A program made the position numbers and the translations under genes. From NCBI GenBank assembly GCA_965649765.1, contig OZ287758.1, forward strand, positions 39,990,001 to 40,054,000: 64,000 bases of DNA, given 5' to 3'. Origin of the DNA: Bispira polyomma (Eukaryota). Positions 11,536-22,844 of the stretch are shown here, piece after piece (positions within the stretch are counted from its first letter, which is position 1; the number at the start of each line of letters is the position of its first letter). The notes below the pieces were generated by a model, which was not told where the DNA came from, did no database searches, and saw only the letters and a program-made list of their open reading frames with translations.

Positions 11536-14500
11536 CAACAAAATTGGTCAGTATTTGTCAATTTATTTACATAAACTATTGAATATTAGAAAATTTCATG
11601 TAAATAATCTTAAACTATTGTATATCGAAAAATAAAATATGTTATACACAAAAAAAAATGAAAAAATTGGACCTTAATTATCTTGATTTATTGAGATATT
11701 ATCTCAGCAATTCGAAAAATAAATAAATAAATAGGTTAGCTCTTGCAAAAAAAAATGTTTTTTAATTTTTTTTATGCTGGCCCTTATGTTCTTCCGTAGT
11801 ATATAGTGTTAAACAAAATTTATGTTTGGATGATAGAATTTTTTCACTAAAATACAAGAATGTACATGCTAATGTATATCAAATTAATATATCATATCTA
11901 TATCTAGCATTTCAAATGACAAGAATTCATGAAGTGCACAGACTTTAGTTGAAGTGTTTATCACGATTAATGTAGTTGGGTGACAAACAACATGTTTCTA
12001 ATCAATCTGTACAAAATAGGACAGTACCAATTGTGATTTAATGTGACAAACAATTAATTAACAAGTAAACGAGTGTTAGAATTGTTTTATTTACAAAAAC
12101 AAATTTTATTTTAATTAAAATAATGTAATGAGTCTAGGATATGGGAAGTGTAAGTTTATAACCTTTAAATGTGGTTTAATTCTACTGTGCTACTGTGAAT
12201 GAGTATTCATTACTGTGTATGTACATATAAATATGATATATTCATTTCATTTTCATATTAGCATGTACATTCTATATTTTCATCGAGCATAAATTCATTA
12301 TCACTTGGAGAGGAAAAAAACCCTGACATTGTGTTATTGTATTACACTAGCATTTGTCAACATTAGTGCATAATTTCAAAATTTATAATTTTCTGTATCT
12401 ATGATAATGACGTTCATGCTCTATGAAAATATATATCATTTAGGTTTATAGAGTTCAGGCTCCATAAAAGTAGATATCATTATATTGTGCCCCTGTCCGG
12501 GTATTTTCCTATAGATGTAACCTCAACATGATTCTTATTAAGAAAACATAAAATTACCTAAATGCACAATTGTTATTATATAATCATATGACATAGAGTT
12601 TATTATTTAGATTAAATCTAAAGACTGCACAATAAAAAAAAAAAAATTTTAAAAATGTGACTTTGTGTCTTTTCTGTAAATATCCTACTTTTAAAGTGTT
12701 GACTGATATTTATTTGTCAATGGTCCATATAGTACATTTTTAATAAACACATTTTTTTGTATGCCCTTCATCACAAGTGTGTCAACATAGTAAGTATTTG
12801 GGACATAAAAAACATGCAGACTATATAAGTGTATACAATTCAAATATCATTTGTTGTGCATGTAGCAACTTTGGTACTTCAATCATGCATATTAAACAGT
12901 ATGAGATGACCATATTTCCATTCTTGTATGTCTCTGTTAAAAATGTAAACCTCTATTTTCCGTATGTATATATATATACATATGACTTCTGTACAATTCT
13001 GTAGTATTCTGCATGCAATGACAACAATAAAATCCTGTAATGCATGTACACTGTTAGGTGTTAACTACACATATATGCTTTGTAATACAATTTGGTTTCC
13101 TAAAAATGCAACCAAAAAAAAGATTAGTGTAAGTGGTTGCGTCTTTTAGGTTAAATAGAAGTTTTATAGTTAGATTGGTGCGCACTCGTGCTTGCGTACT
13201 TGTCCTTACAAAGCTCGGCGGTATATACTCGTGCTTGTATACTCGTCATTACAAAGCTCGTTGGTATACACTCGTGCTTGCATACTCATCCTTACAAAGC
13301 TTGGCAGTATTAAAGTTCTGCTGATTAGATTGTGCCCTTGCCCCATTCATCATACGGTATGAGATCATGCATACACTTTTACTACTATTTAAAGAATGAC
13401 ATCATTTTATATGATAAAGCTGTTCAGACATTTATAAAAACTTGTAACTACGTACTTGTTTACCCACACCGATATAGCCACAACTTGTGATTTTTTTGTA
13501 CTAACTGGTTTCATTAAAATGTTATAGGGCCTTGACATGATCCCAGAGGATCAGAGCTATGCACATTGTTTGATACATCATATATTGATATTTACACATG
13601 TTGGTGTTTCAATGTAAGTATTTAAAAGCAAAGCCTTATTTTTATATAGATGGATCAGTCATCAAATATTAAAACATTAGCGATTGATTTTATTCTGACG
13701 GAATTGATTCAGGACCCTGACATAAAAAAATACTTTTTAAAGATAATATTTTAAATATTATTTGAATTTATATATTTGGATTTATTTTAAGATGCTTACT
13801 GTTGTGTTGAGCTTGACATTACTTCTACAATGGGATTTAAATGGTAAACATTTCATTGAAAAATATATCTTAATTTGAGTGTTTACTGGCTTCAATATTC
13901 TGTCTTTTATTTCACTTATGTTCCATTAATGCAGAAACATTACTACATCAACAAATGATATGTGTTCTATTTACAAGCAGTTTCTAATCTACACACAAAC
14001 ACATAATTACTGGCACTTTATGTTGATTTAATTGCAATGTATAAGATGTATAAGGTATTCATTTAAAAATTATCCACAGTCACATCAGGGGAGGTAGTTT
14101 CATTTTTGATATGTCTCTTATCTATCAAGCTTGGCAAATATAATCTCCTCTTAAGATAATTAATTCAGACTTTTTTAACCTAGCTCGGTAAACTACTGCA
14201 GACGTCAAAATTTTACCTGGATGAAAATTTCACTAATTTACAATATTAAAAAAATTTTTGCCGATATCTTCAGTTTATGCCCAGATGTTAGACGTTAGAA
14301 GATCACACAAGTTCTTGACATCGGGAGTAAACGGCTTTATATATGGAAAGGTGTGAATGTGACATTATAAAATAGTTAAGAAATTACTTACTGGGGAAAA
14401 CTTTCACTAATGCAGTTAGTTGGGACATGTTTCAGATAAACAATTGTGGGATATTTTTCTCTTCTATATTTAGCTTAATCAATCTAATAGTGTAGTTGAA

Positions 14501-14841
14501 TTTAGTGGACCATCGAAGGATTGCAATGATAGTGGAATATTCCATCAGAAAAGAGGAAAAATTAAGGACAGAAATTTCAAGATATTGAAAAATATAACAG
14601 TGGTGGTTGGGATTTGAATGTAAAATACTGCGTCATTTAAAATAAGCACATTTTTGAAAGTGGTGAAAATGGATATTGATTTCTTTTTACTGCCTCAAAA
14701 ATAGCTAGTGGTTACATGCATTCAGAGTCAGGGCAGACAATTACATGAATAACGTGCCACAGATTGACATACAGTTTACAATTACAAAATACGTACTTCA
14801 TGTGAAAGCACATATTATCAGATATATTTTAATGAAACAAA

Positions 14842-17800
14842 ATGGATACCATACTATATTTAGGTAATACTTACTTTGTGATGATGCCATTCAAGTTTGT
14901 ATCAAACAATATTATAATTATTTTATGCATTAAGGAAAACTTAAGATAAGTGTTGTGTAGCCAATATCAACACTCTTAGTATCGAGAAATTACCATTTAA
15001 AGATGGTTTTTCTTTAAGAAAATGGGCACTCTATACTAAGAAAATAAATTTTTTATGCAAAAAATATAGTTTTGATCTGTCCAAACAGGAAATGAAAGTA
15101 TTTGTAAATTAATTTAAATGTGAGTCCAATTGTCTTAAAATCAATTAACAGTAATAATAATAATCCTAAAAATGTATAATTTTCTTGATGTTGACAGTTC
15201 TTAAGATCAACAAATTCTCAATGATGTCATTTTTAATCAAAGACAAATGCAAACATCTGGTAGTTTTTACGCATAAATACAAAGTTATGAAGAGCCTGTT
15301 GTAGTCAAGATTTCCATGGACAAATCAACTTATTTGTCCAATAATTCAACTAATTTGTCTGCAACCACAACAATGTTGATGGTACATTTTATTGTGGCAT
15401 GTTATTATTTTTCAACTTTACAACAGACTGCAGGTATCTTTGAGATTTGACCTAAACAGGTTTTAACTGGGTATGTATATACCAATAAATACTAATTACA
15501 TTTTCTGACTCGAGTTTTGCATTTAATCTTCAACTTTCCCTGGTGAACATAAGGAATGTTATTGTATTTCTAACAAACATATTATCATGGTGATAACATC
15601 CTTGGGCAAGATGTAAACACGCTCTTGCCTAGTGGTCTGGATGACCACTTAAAATTGTGGTCCTCTAACACTGAGTCCTGTCTCCAGTGGCAGGTTAAAG
15701 ATCCTTAGGGGTGTGGATGAATGGTCCTCTTCAAGCCTAGATTGGCTTCCCTAGTGGCTGCCCATGAGCTCGCTATAACAAATATCATATGTTGTGTTAT
15801 GGTTTTTGACTTCAGCTTGCCTGATGCTATTCCTACAAATAGTGGTTGCCATGGTTACCAGCATGAGGTTACCTAACCAAATTGTGTGTGTTCAGACAGA
15901 TAACCCATCAGTAGAACTGCCCTGCGGTGATCTAGTAAATCCCCCACACATCAGAGTGAGGGAATGGGCCAGGTATCTGCCAAATGAAAAAACGTTTATT
16001 ATCATCTTAGGGCCTCCAAATGATCACTATGACAGTGACTATATAACCAAAGTCAAATATGAGATGACTGACACGTTTTCCATGGTTATTTCTCAAGTAC
16101 AGTTGTCTGATGCTGGATTGTACATGTGTCAGTCCATAACTGGTCCCAAACCACAGGCTTACTATGTGATGCTACACGTACTGGGTAAGTGTCTACATGT
16201 GTTTTTGAAATGATTTAAATTTAAGTCAGTTTTTACGTCGCATTCAACAGCTTAGGTCACATCGCGATGGCCAGATTTAATGGTGGAAAAACCAGTGCTG
16301 AAGCACACTGTAAAACACCAACCTACAGCAAGTACCTGACAAACTTTCCCACATGATGGATTAGTGAAAGGCTAGACCAAATAATCTGTCCCTATTTAGT
16401 GAGATTCCTTGATGTTATTTTGATGACAGACTCACGAAAAGGGACAGAACAGCCACCATAAGGAAAACATTGTAAATTTACCCTGACGTAACATGGCCGA
16501 CAGTGTTGTACAAAATGATTTTGGTTTAGTTTTTATATTAATTCATATGTACCAGCGCACAAAGACTAACACCCATTAAGGCCAGGTACCTATTTATACA
16601 CCCGGGTAGAAAGGGACAACTTTGTGTAAAGCACCTTGTCCAAGGGTACAATCTCCGGGCATGCAGCAAGAATCAAACCAGGCCTCTGAGATCACTCAGA
16701 TCCAAAGACTGACATTCTAACAGCTAGACCACGGAGACTAGTTTGCCTTTCAGAATATTCCTCAAATAAAAATGGTATTTCAGTATGAAATATTTGTTTC
16801 TCAGCCAATGATAAAGTCTGCTCCCAGATGACTACCAGTATTCCAGAGACTTTGAACATCCAGCCCAGGGATGGTCAAACCACAGAGAGAGAACTGACTC
16901 AAAGGATATGTAAGTGTTATAAAGAACAGCTCAGGTCGATTGCAAATTTAGTCCCTCTTGAATCTACTAAGCTAGGCTGTAATCGGTTAACACATACGGT
17001 AAAACAGTAAAAGCACAGGGGAGTAGCCAGGATTTTTCATCTGGTACTCCCAAATTAAATCAATATAATATGTTCGTTTTTATGTGCTACCAAAAATTCA
17101 ATTCGTGGGGGAAGGGGTGGGGGGGGGGGGGGGGGGGGGGGGGCATCAAGGTAATATTTTGGTTTAATTGGAGGGTACCAACATTTTTTTTATTTAACAA
17201 CAGGAATCTATGTTACTACTAAAACAAACAGATTAAAACGAATTTTTATTTATTTTTTTTTTTCTTGTCATTAAATTGGTACGCCTGGGCGTACTGGCGT
17301 TAATGGTAGCTACGCCCCTGTAAGCATCCATATTAGAGTGAACACTCGTGGGATCAAGTCAAATTGTCCACTGAAAAGAAGTGTTTCATATTCAGAAGTT
17401 ACTGTACAATTCACTAGTATCAAAACAGAACCATGAATGGAATCGAATTTGGGATCATTGAAGTTATGCTGTATACTTATATACAGATAATCAAAGTATG
17501 GACCACAGAGGCTCTACAGTATACTAAGATAATAGAAGTTTGGATAAGCCTATGGTTCATTTCAGCCGATTTTTGCAAGCCGATGTCGGCCAAATTTATC
17601 GGTCATTACTTGATGTCATGAAGTGCTTCCTTTAATCTGATTCGATCTGACGTCTATTTTACCTTCAGATGTTAAGTGTCTGGGAGCTAAAAAAATCATT
17701 CGGCATGTCGGATGAAAGAATGGTACGTGCTACATCAGCCAACATTGGAACGACTCGAATGTTAATAAATTGGCCAACATCGGGATTAGCTCTCTCTTTA

Positions 17801-20800
17801 CTCTCTTGAGGTTACTGAAGGAAAGACAAGTATTCTGGATAATTATTTGGTCCTACAACTGGTGGGTAAGTGTGTGCAGGTGTTTATGTGATAGAACATA
17901 TAAGTCTTAAATCATTCAATGAAATAAAAAAAATACAGCACATGCAACCTGTTAGATACAAAGGTGTCATAGCCTGGACTTCCATGTTGCTAATCACGAC
18001 GTTGGCCGGTTTTATTTATAAGTGCATTTGGTCAGATGTTGGTCTACAAATGCATTCATGCAGCTGACAACAATATGTCCTGCATGTCGCATTCAATTTG
18101 AATTATATTTTAAAAACACGCCGATCTTTTGCTTCCTGGTCCAAATATCTGAAACTTCTGACAACATTTGATCTCATCCAACATATAATAGTGGCAATAT
18201 TGTAAGAGTATAGGGACAAAATATGTTCAAAATATTTCCGCTGACGTCAGCTGATATATATATATATATATATATATTTATCTGATACATAGAAGTGAAG
18301 GCTAAGGAGAATAAATATATTTGTTTGTAAATGTGTGTGTAGGTTTATAATCTGATAGCCCTCTATTGAGGTCTCAGTCGACTTTACAGTTTACATCCCA
18401 GGCTGGGTTCTTTCACTTGTCAACCAATTGTTTAGTCTCAGATCCCTCAGGAAGCATACCAGCCATGCAGCCACATGCGGCACACACAAACTAACACCCA
18501 TTAGTGACCAGGTACCTATTTATACACCTTAATAGAGAGGGACAACCTTGTGTAAAGCACCTTGTGCAAGGGTACAATCTCCGGGCATGCAGGGAAAATT
18601 GCACCAGAGCTCTGAGATCACTCAGATCCAAAGTGTGACACTCTAACTGCTGGGCCACGGAGACCATTCACTTATTAGAATATTCCTAAAATAGAAGTGG
18701 TATTTCAGTATGAAAGATCTGTTTTTCAGCCAATGATAGAGTCAGCTCCCAGATGACTACCAGTATTCCAGAGACTTTAAGCATTCAGCCCAGCAATGGT
18801 CAAAACATAGACAGAGAACTGGTTCAAGGGACATGTAAGTGTTATAAAGAACAACTCAGATCTATTGCAAATTTAGTCCCTCTTTAATCTACTAACCAAG
18901 GCTGTAATCGGAAATACAGTAACAGCATCCATATTAGAGTGAACACTAGTGGATTCCATTCAAATTGTTCACTCTAAAGAGTTGTTCTCTATAAAGAGTG
19001 AAGGCTAAGGTGAATATATGTATTTGTTTGTAAATGTGTGTGTAGGTTTATAGTGTTACAGTTTACACCCCCAGGCTGGGTTCTTCCACTTGTCAACCAA
19101 TTGTTCGGTCTCATGCGGCTCACCAAAACTAACACCCATTAGTGGCCAGGTACCTCTATATACACCTTGGTAGAGAAGGACAACATTGTGTAAAGCACAT
19201 TGTCCAAGGGTACAATCTCTGGGCATGCAGCAAGAATCGAACCAGAGCATTCAGATCAAAAGTCTGACACTCTAGCCGCTAGGCCACGGAGACCGTTCGC
19301 ATATCAGAATATTCCTAAAATAGAAGTGGTATTTGAGTATGAATTATTTGTTTTTCAGCCAATGATACAGTCAGCTCCCAGATGACTACCAGTATTCCAG
19401 AAACTTTGAGCATCCAGCCGAGTATTCCAGAGACTTTGAACAACCAGCCCAGTTATCGTCAAAACATAGACAGAGAATTGATTCAAGGAACATGTAAGTG
19501 TTTTAAAGAACAGCTTAGATCTATTGTAAATTTAGTCCCTCTTAAATCTACTAACCCAGGCTGTAATCAGTAAACACATACAATAAAAGCATCAATATTA
19601 GTGTGAATACTCGTGGAATCAGTCAAATTAAAGAGGTGTTCTCTATTGAACGGTTACTGTACAATTCACTAGTATCAAAACAGGATTATGAATGGAATCA
19701 AATTTGGGATCATAGAGGCTCTACTGTATACTCAGATAATAAAAGTTTGATTAAGCCTACACTTAGTTTCAGACGATTTTTGCAGACTGATGTCAGCCAA
19801 ATTTATCAGTCACAACTTACGTAAGTCACTGCAGGGCCGGACAGCATGACAAGTCAGTTGACAAAAATTAAGGGTTTACAGTAAAATATCTTAAAATTTG
19901 TTTACTAGCTTGATGACTAATCAGAGGTCACCTAGAAGAAGGTTTTGCCACCTTTCCTATAGAATTATCATATTTAATTTAGAAAGCTAAAGCATCAACA
20001 AGTGGAAAATTTCCCACCCTCCACCCAATTTAAGGGCTTTTAGCTGAGTAACCTTTTAATAAACTTGATTGTTCCATTTAACACGAACTATACGTGTATG
20101 TCCGGTCATTCAATAATGCACCATTATATGTTAATATATCCTTTTTAATAACCTTTACGGTTCTATTTAACACAGACTATATGTGTATGTTGGGTCAATT
20201 AATAATGTGCCCTTATATGTTGATATAATTTGATTGTTTTACTTAAGATATTTTACAGTATTAAAGATGTGTATTATATAGGGTTTTATACTTTTTAGTT
20301 AACCTGTGTATGCTTATTGGCAGTTATAAAAGTTTTTATACTTTAACATTTGTATGTACAGTTGATATAAAATATAATTGAATACTAATAAAATACTCCA
20401 AACTTGATTTAATCCAGTCTTATACCTTGGTTTGACCTACACTAGTCAGAAACTTTTAAGCGACTGATGTTATGAAGTGCTCCCTTTCATGAAATTTTCG
20501 TCAGATTTGATCTGATGTTAGCAGACGTTTTTTGTTTTAAATGTTATCAGTCTGGGAGCGAAAAAATCAAGTTGGCATATCTGATGACAGAAAACGCTAC
20601 ATCGGCCGTCATCGGAATGGCTCGAATGTTAATAAATTGGCCGACATCTGGATCAGCTGAAAGGAAGCGTAGTCTGATGGAGGTACTACTGTATGTGGAT
20701 AATTAAAAGTTGGAAAATAGAGATTCTACTGTATTTGGATAATAAAAAGTCGGAAAATAGATGTTCTACTGTATACTAAGATAATAGAAGTTTGGATAAT

Positions 20801-22844
20801 TGAGGCTGTACTGTATTTTATACCACTGTACCTATCTATTAAAATCTCTCTATTTTGTACTACAGCTAAGCTGGCCAAGGCTGGGTTTATGTGTCTGATA
20901 ATAGTATGTGTATTACTCTTCTGCTTCCTGTTGTTTGTCATCATTCTGTGGATGTCACATAGAAGAAACAAAAGGCATGCCAACAACAGAGGTAAGTCAT
21001 TTAATAATAGCATGTTTCCATACACACGTGTAAAAGTCCATCCGTGTACCCTCCTGTATGCACCTAAAAATCTTTGGCTCCTTATCTTTTTCTTCGTAGT
21101 GTTTCCATGGGTCTTTGTACATCATGCGTATCCAGTCTTGGAACCGACAGATTGTCAACGGCAGATAACTACGCTTTACAGCCAATTGTTCTGGTTCTAA
21201 TAAAATGTCTTAGCTTACAAACATGGCTTTCGTAGGGGTTTTCACACAGTCAACAACTGATTTATTTTCCACCAAGGGCCAGTAGAATTAGTCAGCCTAA
21301 GCTGTTGGAAATGACAAAAAAACTAAATTCTCATTCTACTCAGACGAAGAAGGGAGATTTTGGTCCTATGAGAACAGTCATGTAGTTGTAGGTTTTCAAT
21401 TGTATTTTTGTAAAAAAAGTGGGCTGTCACAAAAGTGTCAGAGGGTTTCTTGATATTTAAATTAAATTAATAATGTTATATAGGTGATAAGCTCCCCTCA
21501 AATTTCTGACCCACAAAGGTCATATGCAAAGTAAGCATTTCACCGAAACTTTGTGAGTATCTTAATATGTTACCAAAAGCAATACCACTAGTAGTACTAC
21601 TATATATTATATTTATTATAGTGACAAGTGTTTTGGTTGACACTCACACACTTAGTATCACACACCATTTTTAACGCATTTAAAAAGTTTCTTTGCATAA
21701 CAAATAAAAATTAGAATGCTAGAAATAATTGTATACATATGGTGTTTTTTTATTCTTTTTAAACACAGGGTCTTGCAGACTAACCAATGAGTTGTCTGTA
21801 AAGTACACTGGATTAGAAAAGAAATCAGCTAAATTTGCTACAGGTAAAATTTAAGTTGAATTTAATTAGTGCTTTTGGAGTGATTTTACTATTTTCGGCC
21901 AATTTACTAAGATGCATCTTCAGAAGCTATTTACTTAAGGGCGTTTTTGTAATGTTCGACCATATTGGATTTAACAGGAAATTACCTAGTTCTTTATTTT
22001 TCAAGATAATAGAAATAAGTAAATTATCTCTCACTAGATACTGCTATTACTGTGGCCAAAGCTCTTCAGAGTAACTGTCTTGACTATTGTAATTCCCTTC
22101 TGTTTGGAACTAATAAGTCACACATAAACAAGTTGAAGTCCATTCAAAACTATCTATGTAAAGTCATCTTTCGTTTGGGAATCCGTACTGATGCAACTCC
22201 ATACCTCCAGCAACTCCATTGGCTTCCAATTCACTATCGAATCCTGTTCAAAATGCACGTAACTACCTTTAAAGCAGTTGTCTCCCAACAGCCTCACTAC
22301 TAACTCTCCTTCAGCAGCCTTAAAAGGGTAAAGAGACTCTCTGTTTCCTCTAAAAAAACCACTAAGAGAGTCCTTCTTGGTCGCCGCTCCTATGCAATGG
22401 AAAAGCCTTCCAGTTAAACTTAGAATGCTTGAAACACTTTCTGGATTTCTGAAAAAACTCAAAACATATATCTTCAGGCTCGCCTTTCCTCTGTAGTCCT
22501 CTCCCCAGGTGGTAATGTATCCATCCTTATGACCTGGCTATTGCTTATTGATTTTTCTATTGGCTAATTGATTCTAATATTGTGCCTTAAAAAGATGCTT
22601 AGCATCAATAAGGCGCGTTAAAAATATACAATACAATAAGGAATAAAACAATAAAGTAGTTAAATAGGACACTGGTGTCTACCAAGTTGCATCCACTAGT
22701 CCCTAGGCCCAAGAGCTTCCGGATAATACAGTTCCTATGAAGTGAATTTGTTCCATTCTAAACTATCCCCTAAGGTGTCTGTATAACTAAGACCTACTTC
22801 TTTTTACAGATAATGATTACGAAACCATCAAGGAAGTACTTTAA
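14842..22844 (+). CDS. IgR-1: single V-type Ig-domain type I membrane receptor with ITIM. Exons: leader 14842-14863 or 15373-15433; V 15843-16184; stalk 16805-16909, 18730-18834, 19359-19493; TM 20866-20991; cytoplasmic 21769-21843 and 22810-22844 (stop)
   Basis: All internal exons are AG/GT bounded and phase 1-1. V-set motifs ELPC, REWAR and SMVISQVQLSDAGLYMC; hydrophobic TM followed by RRNKRH; tail motifs VKYTGL and NDYETI. Confidence 0.85.
15843..16184 (+). CDS. IgR-1 V-type Ig exon
   Basis: CAAATAG| acceptor and CTGG|GTAAGT donor; B-strand Cys, C-strand Trp, DxGxYxC. Confidence 0.92.
16560..19295 (-). mobile_element. Three CORE-type tRNA-SINE copies (~16560-16740, 18360-18665, 19055-19295), one upstream of each stalk exon
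   Basis: Minus strand CTCCGTGG(C/T)C(T/C)AGC A box, GGTTCGATTC-like B box and a GTACCCTTGGACAAGG...GGTGTATAAATAGGTACC CORE-like segment. Confidence 0.7.
17016..17320. mobile_element. MITE (hAT-like termini)
   Basis: Termini CAGGGGAGTAGC / GCTACGCCCCTG; absent from the paralogous stalk repeat near 18925. Confidence 0.75.
20866..20991 (+). CDS. IgR-1 transmembrane exon
   Basis: SKLAKAGFMCLIIVCVLLFCFLLFVIILWMSHRRNKRHANNR; TACAG| acceptor and |GTAAGT donor. Confidence 0.9.
21769..21843 (+). CDS. IgR-1 ITIM exon
   Basis: 75 nt, phase 1-1, strong polypyrimidine tract; reads GSCRLTNELSVKYTGLEKKSAKFAT. Confidence 0.75.
22066..22635 (+). mobile_element. L2-like LINE 3' fragment
   Basis: LDYCNSLL...LHWLPI motifs; 3' end GATGCTTAGCATCAATAAGGCGCGTTAAAAAT. 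Confidence 0.85.

Noticed and set aside
13178-13190. TGCGCAC metal-response-element-like motif
   Set aside because: A single short match within a repeat; expected by chance.
15794-15842. Hydrophobic N-terminus of the ORF-track Ig ORFs read as a signal peptide (also 38133-38187)
   Set aside because: Both ORFs start at GTG, the internal ATG in copy 1 is not conserved in copy 2, and the segment is the pyrimidine-rich intron end before a phase-1 AG.
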